Assembly: GCF_000039765.1 (NCBI RefSeq)
Contig: NC_004459.3
Span: 1,050,001 to 1,082,000, forward strand
Reading direction: 5' to 3'
Source of the DNA: Vibrio vulnificus CMCP6
GTDB lineage: Bacteria > Pseudomonadota > Gammaproteobacteria > Enterobacterales > Vibrionaceae
Length of the DNA: 32,000 nt
The notes under the pieces were generated by a model. The model made no database searches. It was not told where the DNA came from and worked only from the letters and a program-made list of their open reading frames with translations. Each line of letters starts with the position of its first letter. The first letter of the stretch is position 1. The position numbers were made by a program, and so were the translations under genes. Of this stretch, positions 25,445 to 32,000 are shown one piece after another.

Positions 25445-25579
25445 TTATAGCGGAAACAATAGCCATATTGGCAAGTGCTATGTGTGCTATTGAGTAAAAA
25501 TCTTGTCAATGAGGCAATGGCAATCTCATCACTCGACGACTATTATATGGGCCTCGATTTTTGACCACAGATAAGCGCT

Positions 25580-27598
25580 ATGAAACTGAATCCAAGACAA
25601 GACGAAGCCGTGAAATACGTATCAGGTCCCTGCCTCGTGCTTGCGGGTGCGGGTTCAGGCAAAACACGCGTGATCACCAATAAGATTGCCTATTTGGTGC
25701 AACAGTGTGGCTACAAAGCGCGTAATATTGCGGCGGTCACCTTCACCAATAAAGCCGCACGTGAGATGAAAGAACGTGTGGGACAAACACTGGGGAAAGG
25801 GGAATCAAAAGGCCTGATGGTGTCAACCTTTCACACGCTTGGTTTGAACATCATCAAACGAGAGTATCGCCATCTGGGTTTGAAGTCGGGCTTTTCCTTG
25901 TTTGACGATCAAGATCAGCTTGCACTGCTTAAAGAGCTGACTGAAAAACAGCTGGATGGCGATAAAGATTTGCTGCGTCAGTTAATGAGCACCATCTCAA
26001 ATTGGAAAAACGACATGCTCTCACCAGAGCAGGCCGTGGCACGCGCGCAAGGCGAACAGCAGCAGTTGTTTGCCTTCTGTTTTGAGATGTATCAGAAGCA
26101 GATGAAAGCGTACAACGCCCTTGACTTTGATGATCTTATCTTGCTGCCTGTATTACTCCTTCGTGGGCATGATGAGGTGCGTCAATACTGGCAAAATCGT
26201 ATCCGTTACCTTCTGGTCGATGAGTATCAAGACACCAACACCAGTCAATATGAACTGGTGAGACTGCTGGTGGGTGAGCGCGGACGCTTAACCGTGGTGG
26301 GGGATGATGACCAATCGATTTACTCTTGGCGTGGGGCGAAACCGCAAAACTTAGTGTTGCTGGGGCAAGATTATCCCAACTTACGCCTGATTAAATTGGA
26401 GCAAAACTACCGTTCGACCAGCCGTATTTTGCGTGCGGCGAACATCTTGATTGCCAATAACCCACACGTGTATGAAAAGTCGCTCTTCTCGGAAATTCCC
26501 GATGGAGAAAAACTCAAAGTGCTGTTGGCCAATAATGATGAGCATGAGGCGGAGCGCGTCACGGGGGAAATCATTGCCCACAAGTTTCTCAATCGCACCG
26601 ACTATCGTGACTACGCCATCCTCTATCGTGGTAACCATCAATCGCGTCTCATCGAAAAGTCGCTGATGCAAAACCGCGTTCCTTATCGACTGTCTGGTGG
26701 TACGTCTTTCTTTGCGCGCGCGGAGATCAAAGACATCATGGCGTATTTGCGAGTGTTGGTGAATCCGGATGATGACAACGCATTTTTGCGCATCGTCAAC
26801 ACACCTAAGCGTGAAATTGGCCCTGTGACGCTGGAGAAGTTAGGCAGCTATGCCAACATGCGTGGCAAAAGTTTATTTGAAGCCAGCTTTGAACTTGGCC
26901 TTGAGCAGCATCTGACCGGACGTGGTCTCGATAATTTGCGGCGCTTTACTCATTGGCTGGTGGCGATTGCCGATCAAGCAGAGAGGGGAGATACCGTGGA
27001 AGCGGTGCGCTCGTTGGTGCGAGATATTCATTATGAGGATTGGTTGTACGAAACATCTGCCAGCCCGAAAGCCGCAGAAATGCGCATGAAAAACGTCTCT
27101 GATCTCTACTCTTGGATTGTCGCAGATTTAGAAGGTGACAATAACGATCAAGAAGAGAAAACGTTGAAAGAAGTGGTTCAACGTTTGACACTGCGTGACA
27201 TGATGGAACGTGGTGAAGAAGATGAAGACAGTGATGCCGTACAACTGATGACACTGCATGCGTCTAAAGGTCTGGAATTTCCATATGTGTACCTGATCGG
27301 GACTGAAGAAGGGATATTGCCGCACCAAACCAGTATCGATGAAGATAACGTCGAAGAAGAACGTCGCTTAATGTACGTCGGCATTACGCGTGCGCAGCGA
27401 GAGCTGACTTTCGTGATGTGTAAAGAGCGTCGTCAATATGGGGAGTTGATCAAACCCAGCCAAAGTCGCTTCCTAGACGAGTTGCCTTTCGATGATGTGG
27501 AATGGGAACAAACCAAAAAGCCAGTGACACAGGAAGAAAGAATGGCCAAAGGCCAAGCGCACATTGCCAACTTACGTGCCATGTTCAACAAGAAGTAG
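25580..27598 (+). CDS. rep: ATP-dependent DNA helicase Rep
   Basis: 672 aa. [39 protein letters not shown]..., [24 protein letters not shown] and YVGITRAQ are SF1 helicase motifs. It is collinear with E. coli Rep. Confidence 0.97.
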   Translation: MKLNPRQDEAVKYVSGPCLVLAGAGSGKTRVITNKIAYLVQQCGYKARNIAAVTFTNKAAREMKERVGQTLGKGESKGLMVSTFHTLGLNIIKREYRHLGLKSGFSLFDDQDQLALLKELTEKQLDGDKDLLRQLMSTISNWKNDMLSPEQAVARAQGEQQQLFAFCFEMYQKQMKAYNALDFDDLILLPVLLLRGHDEVRQYWQNRIRYLLVDEYQDTNTSQYELVRLLVGERGRLTVVGDDDQSIYSWRGAKPQNLVLLGQDYPNLRLIKLEQNYRSTSRILRAANILIANNPHVYEKSLFSEIPDGEKLKVLLANNDEHEAERVTGEIIAHKFLNRTDYRDYAILYRGNHQSRLIEKSLMQNRVPYRLSGGTSFFARAEIKDIMAYLRVLVNPDDDNAFLRIVNTPKREIGPVTLEKLGSYANMRGKSLFEASFELGLEQHLTGRGLDNLRRFTHWLVAIADQAERGDTVEAVRSLVRDIHYEDWLYETSASPKAAEMRMKNVSDLYSWIVADLEGDNNDQEEKTLKEVVQRLTLRDMMERGEEDEDSDAVQLMTLHASKGLEFPYVYLIGTEEGILPHQTSIDEDNVEEERRLMYVGITRAQRELTFVMCKERRQYGELIKPSQSRFLDELPFDDVEWEQTKKPVTQEERMAKGQAHIANLRAMFNKK

Positions 27599-27613
27599 CG
27601 TTAGTCAAATAAG

Positions 27614-27641
27614 AAAAGGGCTTGGAAAACCAAGCCCTTTT
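27614..27641. terminator. bidirectional intrinsic terminator (rep / cytochrome c5)
   Basis: AAAA GGGCTTGG AAAA CCAAGCCC TTTT is a perfect hairpin with flanking A and T tracts. Confidence 0.85.
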
Positions 27642-27659
27642 GCTTTAGGAAACTTTGTT

Positions 27660-28058
27660 TTATAGACCTTTGATCATGTGATCAATCGCGGCAATGATTT
27701 CGTCGTCAGAACAGTCCATACACGTACCGCGAGGAGGCATGGCATTAAAGCCCTCAATCGCGTGCTTGTTCAACACATCATGACCTTGTGCGATACGAGG
27801 AGCCCAATCTGCAGCATTGCCCGTTTTTGGTGCGCCATTTACCCCAGACGAGTGACAAGCAATACAAAAAGTGCCGTAAACTGTTGCGCCATCACGCGGT
27901 CCGGTTGGTTCAGCTTTGACTGGCTCACTACCTGCTAGATAAACATCACCTACTGGCTTGATGCGCTCTGCAATGGCATCGTGGTCAGTACTGGTAGCCA
28001 TAGCTGCCGTAGAAAAGGTTAAAGCAGCGAATAAAACGCTAATCATTCGTCGAGACAT
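27660..28058 (-). CDS. cytochrome c5 (periplasmic monohaem c-type cytochrome)
   Basis: Signal peptide MSRRMISVLFAALTFSTAAMA, haem-binding CIACH, and a distal Met region GFNAMPPRGTCMDCSDDEI. The start is ATG 28058 or 28064; the upstream part of the track ORF is not supported. Confidence 0.88.
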   Translation of the reverse strand: MSRRMISVLFAALTFSTAAMATSTDHDAIAERIKPVGDVYLAGSEPVKAEPTGPRDGATVYGTFCIACHSSGVNGAPKTGNAADWAPRIAQGHDVLNKHAIEGFNAMPPRGTCMDCSDDEIIAAIDHMIKGL

Positions 28059-28316
28059 ATCCATTAAACTCACTTTACATTCCCAAGGTAAGTCAGCTGG
28101 CTTACCAAACATTTATATAGTTAGAGTGCTGTTTTGATTTAACGGTAAATTATCACTGTTAAATCAATGTAAATAATGGGTGATTATATCCCGTTAACTT
28201 GTTGCAATAAACAACAAGTTATCAGCTACAGGGGCTGAATCACATCTGTTATTTACATTTGTAGCCAGATAACTGACGAAAAAGAGACCAAACGGAAAAA
28301 AAACTAAAAAAAACAC

Positions 28317-28345
28317 TAGACGCCATAGTGTGAACTACGTATTAT
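28317..28345 (+). promoter_or_regulatory. candidate tRNA-operon promoter
   Basis: TAGACG, 17 nt, TATTAT, followed by the GC-rich discriminator CCACTCCGCC. It is preceded by a long A-tract (28294-28313, UP-like) and lies about 20 nt upstream of tRNA-Arg. Confidence 0.5.
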
Positions 28346-28366
28346 TCCACTCCGCCGATAGGGCAT

Positions 28367-28443
<77 letters not shown>

Positions 28444-28480
28444 TTTGGATGCCTGGGGGAGATATCGGTGAAAAAACAAT

Positions 28481-28557
28481 GGTGGCTATAGCTCAGTTGG
28501 TAGAGTCCCGGATTGTGATTCCGGTTGTCGCGGGTTCGAATCCCGTTAGCCACCCCA
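28481..28557 (+). tRNA. tRNA-His (GUG), copy 1
   Basis: GGTGGCTATAGCTCAGTTGGTAGAGTCCCGGATTGTGATTCCGG...AGCCACCCCA. It has the extra 5' G(-1) typical of tRNA-His. Anticodon GTG. Confidence 0.95.
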
Positions 28558-28583
28558 TTCTTTTCTAAGAATGAAACATTTGT

Positions 28584-28660
<77 letters not shown>

Positions 28661-28733
28661 CTATTATTTGGGTTTTGCTAAAGGCGAGGCTCAGGTTTAT
28701 GGCTTAAATAAGCGGTAAACATGACAATCTGAT

Positions 28734-28810
28734 GGTGGCTATAGCTCAGTTGGTAGAGTCCCGGATTGTGATTCCGGTTGTCGCGGGTTCGAATCCCGTT
28801 AGCCACCCCA
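28734..28810 (+). tRNA. tRNA-His (GUG), copy 2
   Basis: Identical in sequence to copy 1. Confidence 0.95.
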
Positions 28811-28834
28811 TTCTTTGTTTAAAGAATAAAATTT

Positions 28835-28911
<77 letters not shown>

Positions 28912-29411
28912 CATTCTAAAGCCTCACTAGCAATAGTGGGGCTTTTTTACATCTTGTATTAAATGCTGATGATTTTGTGTGCATACTGGGTCGGGGTCTG
29001 GAAGCCCAGCCGCGTCGAATCCCTCTTCACCGACCACATTCTAAAGCCTCACTAGCAATAGTGGGGCTTTTTTACATCTTGTATTAAATGCTGATGATTT
29101 TGTGTGCATACAGGGTCGGGGTCTGGAAGCCCAGCCGCGTCGAATTCCTCTTCATCGACCACATTCTAAAGCCTCACTAGCAATAGTGGGGCTTTTTTAC
29201 ATCTTGTATTAGATGCTGATGATTTTGTGTGCATACTGGGTCGGGGTCTGGAAGCCCAGCCGCGTCGAATTCCTCTTCACCGACCACATTCTAAAGCCTC
29301 ACTAGCAATAGTGGGGCTTTTTTACATCTTGTATTAGATGCTGATGATTTTGTGTGCATAGTGGGTCGGGGTCAGGAAGCCAAGCCGCGTTAAATCCCTC
29401 TTCACCCCCAC
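28912..29411 (+). repeat. 4 x 125-bp tandem repeat; each unit is an intrinsic terminator hairpin, a 39-nt spacer and a 49-nt tRNA-Pro 3' pseudo-fragment
   Basis: Units start at 28912, 29037, 29162 and 29287, an exact 125-bp period. Units 1-3 differ from each other at 2-3 positions. Unit 4 is more diverged in its tRNA-like part. Terminators (GCCTCACTA GCAA TAGTGGGGC TTTTTT) lie at 28921-28948, 29046-29073, 29171-29198 and 29296-29323. tRNA-like segments lie at 28988-29036, 29113-29161, 29238-29286 and 29363-29411. Confidence 0.95.
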
Positions 29412-29415
29412 CGTA

Positions 29416-29450
29416 GAAAGCCTGCTTTTGTCACCGGCTTTCGTTGTTTT
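29416..29450 (+). terminator. distal terminator closing the tRNA/repeat array
   Basis: GAAAGCC, a 13-nt loop, GGCTTTC, followed by GTTGTTTT. Confidence 0.5.
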
Positions 29451-30190
29451 GGCATCGTGGACTAAAGCGTCTGTGCGATCTTCTTCTCTCTACGGTTCTC
29501 ATTTTCTTGCCTCAACCCACGAGCCTTACTGGGTATGCCGATGCGCTCGCTTTTGTCTCTGATAAGAGACGTTTAAGGCTTTCTAAGCGAAGTTGCTGAT
29601 GAACCTCTCAATCTGAGAGGAAATCTCCCCTTTCTCATAACGCGTGGCTCTTTTGTGTCTATATTTTAGTTTCTTGGCATTTAACACTTTGATTTTCAAA
29701 CACCAGTGAGTTCCTAATGTTGTGAAGGAAAAACACAGCGGATACCCAGTGTCTATAATTCCATATTTAGCATTTTATGCTTAATGATTAGTTACACACT
29801 AAGCGTATTAACTGGTTTTTCTAAATGGAATAAAGTGTTGTTTTGTATTTGTTAATATTCACATGAAAAAATCTCACGGTAGATTGTGATGAATAATTGG
29901 CCTTTTTTGGCGACACTTTCTAGCAAAAATGCCAACTGGCACACAAAAAATGTTGTTCTGATTTTTGTTAAATATCTATTAACGAATATTTATTCGATAT
30001 TTTTGCCTTGAAATTAACCGATTGCTGGCTGTTAAACTTTAATTGTTGCTTTTTTGTGTGTTTTTTGCCAAATTGTGTTCCGACCTGATTTTTAGAGTAA
30101 TATTCTGCAATCAGAAGGGATTCATTGGTTTGTTGAATGATCATCGTGTTTGATTATTCAGCACCACAGACAAGGCAGTAGAGGTCTGAA

Positions 30191-31906
30191 ATGTCACTAT
30201 TAGAAGTGAAAAATCTTCGTATCGAGTATCCATCGCGGCATGGTATTCATGCGGCGGTGAAATCGTTGTCGTTTAATATTGAACGAGGCGAAATTGTTGG
30301 CGTCGTCGGTGAGTCGGGTGCGGGCAAGTCAACCGTAGGTAATGCGGTGAGCGATTTGTTGAGCCCTCCTGGTCGTATTGCCAGCGGTGATGTGTTCCTT
30401 GATGGCGAAAAAATTTCAGGCCTTTCTCCAGAAGCAATGCGCAAAGTGCGTGGCTCTAAAATTGGTTTTATCTTCCAAGATCCCATGACCTCGCTCAATC
30501 CTCTCTTTACTGTTGAACAGCAGTTAAAAGAAACCATTCACGCCAATATGAATGTCTCTGACGAAGAGGCTTACACGCGCGCATTGTCATTAATGAAGCA
30601 GGTGGGCATCCCTCAACCTGAAAACCGCTTAAAGCAGTATCCTCACCAGTTTTCTGGCGGTATGCGTCAGCGTGTAGTCATTGCGATTGCCCTAGCGGGC
30701 GAGCCGGATTTGATCATTGCCGATGAACCCACCACGGCACTCGATGTGTCGATTCAAGACCAAATCCTCAACCTGATCCGTGAGTTATGTATTAAGCATA
30801 ACGTGGGTTGCATGTTGGTCACGCACGACATGGGCGTGGTATCGAACGTGACTGACCGTGTTGCTGTTATGTACCGAGGTGACTTGGTTGAATTTGGTCC
30901 AACGGCCAAAGTGTTGGGCAACCCAGATCATCCTTATACGCGCAGCTTGATTTCAGCGGTACCACGTTCGGATAGGAAGCTTGATCGCTTCCCTCTGGTC
31001 AGCTACATCGAAGAAGCGAGTGAATTGCAGCCTCTTGATATTAAAAATCACTGGCTGGGTCAGAGTGAAGATCAGAGAAAATACACCGGACCACTGCTTA
31101 ATGTGGAAAATGTTAACTTGCGTTTCGTCACTAAGGACTCGCTGTTTGAGAGCCGTCGTGAGTATGTGCAGGCATCAAATAACGTTAGCTTCCAAGTGCA
31201 TGAAGGGGAAACCTTTGGCTTGGTGGGGGAATCGGGTTCGGGTAAATCCACTATTGCACGAGTCATTGCCGGGCTGTATGCGCCTAACTCAGGTAAGGTG
31301 ACGTTTGAAGGTATTGACCTTACCGCATTGACCTCAGAAAAAGCGCGCCGTCCTTTGCGTCGCCAAATGCAGATGGTCTTCCAAAATCCATACACTTCGA
31401 TGAACCCGCGCATGAAGATTTTCGATATCATCGCGGAGCCCATTCGTTTCCATAAGTTGACCAACAGTGAAGCGGAAACGCGCCAAATCGTGAACGATCT
31501 CTTGGAGCACGTTGGCTTAGGGCGAATGGCTGGGGTGAAATATCCACATGAATTTTCGGGTGGCCAGCGTCAGCGTATTTCGATTGCGCGCGCATTGGCG
31601 ACTCGTCCACGTCTTTTAATTTGTGATGAGCCCACCTCGGCACTGGATGTCTCGGTTCAAGCACAGATTCTGAATTTGCTCAAAGATCTACAAAGCGAAC
31701 TGAACTTAACCATGCTGTTTATCAGTCATGACCTTCCGGTTATCCGCCAAATGTGTGACCGAGTCGGTGTGATGCAGATGGGGACTCTGCTCGAAGTCGC
31801 ACCGACTGAGCAACTGTTCCGCTCTCCACAGCATGAGTACAGTAAGCACCTGATTTCCTTGATGCCAGAGTTCACTGGTTTGAGGGAAGAGGTGAAAACG
31901 GCATAA
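30191..31906 (+). CDS. fused two-domain ABC transporter ATP-binding protein, peptide/opine/nickel (Dpp/Opp; GsiA/YejF-like) family
   Basis: 571 aa. There are two Walker A motifs (GESGAGKST, GESGSGKST), two signature motifs (FSGGMRQR, FSGGQRQR) and two Walker B motifs (LIIADEPTTALD, LLICDEPTSALD). The oligopeptide-type C-terminal extensions (HPYT) are present. RBS GAGG 7 nt upstream. Confidence 0.93.
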   Translation: MSLLEVKNLRIEYPSRHGIHAAVKSLSFNIERGEIVGVVGESGAGKSTVGNAVSDLLSPPGRIASGDVFLDGEKISGLSPEAMRKVRGSKIGFIFQDPMTSLNPLFTVEQQLKETIHANMNVSDEEAYTRALSLMKQVGIPQPENRLKQYPHQFSGGMRQRVVIAIALAGEPDLIIADEPTTALDVSIQDQILNLIRELCIKHNVGCMLVTHDMGVVSNVTDRVAVMYRGDLVEFGPTAKVLGNPDHPYTRSLISAVPRSDRKLDRFPLVSYIEEASELQPLDIKNHWLGQSEDQRKYTGPLLNVENVNLRFVTKDSLFESRREYVQASNNVSFQVHEGETFGLVGESGSGKSTIARVIAGLYAPNSGKVTFEGIDLTALTSEKARRPLRRQMQMVFQNPYTSMNPRMKIFDIIAEPIRFHKLTNSEAETRQIVNDLLEHVGLGRMAGVKYPHEFSGGQRQRISIARALATRPRLLICDEPTSALDVSVQAQILNLLKDLQSELNLTMLFISHDLPVIRQMCDRVGVMQMGTLLEVAPTEQLFRSPQHEYSKHLISLMPEFTGLREEVKTA

Positions 31907-31981
31907 CCAAGCTTGCTTGGCACAATAACAGACGCAAATACAACAACTAGGGATTCGGATTCCCGCATAAGGAGTTATGCA

Positions 31982-32000
31982 ATGAAAACCATGAAAAGCA
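31982..32000 (+). CDS. 5' end of the next gene in the ABC operon (probably the substrate-binding protein); truncated by the window end
   Basis: ATG at 31982 (MKTMKS...), preceded by AAGGAG at 31969-31974. The product is inferred only from the gsiA-gsiB-type gene order. Confidence 0.4.

Noticed and set aside
28912-29411. Possible CRISPR array, given the regularly spaced repeats
   Set aside because: The whole 125-bp unit repeats, including what would be the spacer, so there are no unique spacers. The period is far longer than CRISPR repeat plus spacer. The repeated parts are a terminator and a tRNA fragment. There are no cas genes.
29604-29620. Hairpin CCTCTCA ATC TGAGAGG as a terminator or sRNA 3' end
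   Set aside because: There is no U-tract on either strand. It is noted under the ORF-free-region finding only.
29721-29737. CRP-like site TGTGA...ACACA upstream of the ABC operon
   Set aside because: The half-sites are separated by 7 nt instead of 6, and the right half is only 4/5. This is not enough to call.
29937-29952. Sigma-54-like TGGCAC element
   Set aside because: The -12 element is absent: TGGCAC-ACAAA-AAATG instead of TGGCAC-N5-TTGCW. A similar TGGCAT at 29665-29670 (TGGCAT-TTAAC-ACTTT) also lacks it.
30137-30181. 14-codon upstream ORF (MIIVFDYSAPQTRQ) ending 9 nt before the ABC ATPase start, as a possible leader peptide
   Set aside because: There is no Shine-Dalgarno sequence, no run of regulatory codons and no associated attenuator hairpin.

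Overview
This window is Vibrio-type (Vibrionaceae) chromosomal backbone and is almost entirely housekeeping. The content, left to right:
- rsmB (5' fragment), fmt and def on the minus strand.
- A LysM protein, dprA, smg and a yrdD-like zinc-finger protein on the plus strand.
- purE-purK on the minus strand, with a PurR box upstream.
- tsaC, hemF, aroE and a DUF1488 gene on the plus strand, converging on a gamma-carbonic-anhydrase-like yrdA on the minus strand.
- A complete rrn operon with tandem promoters: 16S, tRNA-Glu/Lys/Val, 23S, 5S, tRNA-Ser.
- A decayed IS630-family element.
- ilvY/ilvC, then ubiK.
- A tetR-MFP-RND efflux operon syntenic with V. cholerae vexRAB.
- rep, then cytochrome c5.
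- A tRNA operon Arg-His-Pro-His-Pro.
- About 1.3 kb with no ORF of 60 aa or more. Its first 500 bp are four tandem 125-bp units, each made of an intrinsic terminator plus a 49-nt tRNA-Pro 3' pseudo-fragment.
- A fused two-domain peptide-type ABC ATPase.

I do not see a defence island, toxin-antitoxin pair, CRISPR array or any unassignable multi-gene protein system. Every long ORF has a confident housekeeping assignment. The only genuinely unusual structure is the tRNA-Pro-derived repeat/terminator array and the ORF-free region after it. The other findings are regulatory sites and IS decay. All homology statements come from my own reading of the translations and from remembered E. coli/Vibrio sequences; no database search was run.
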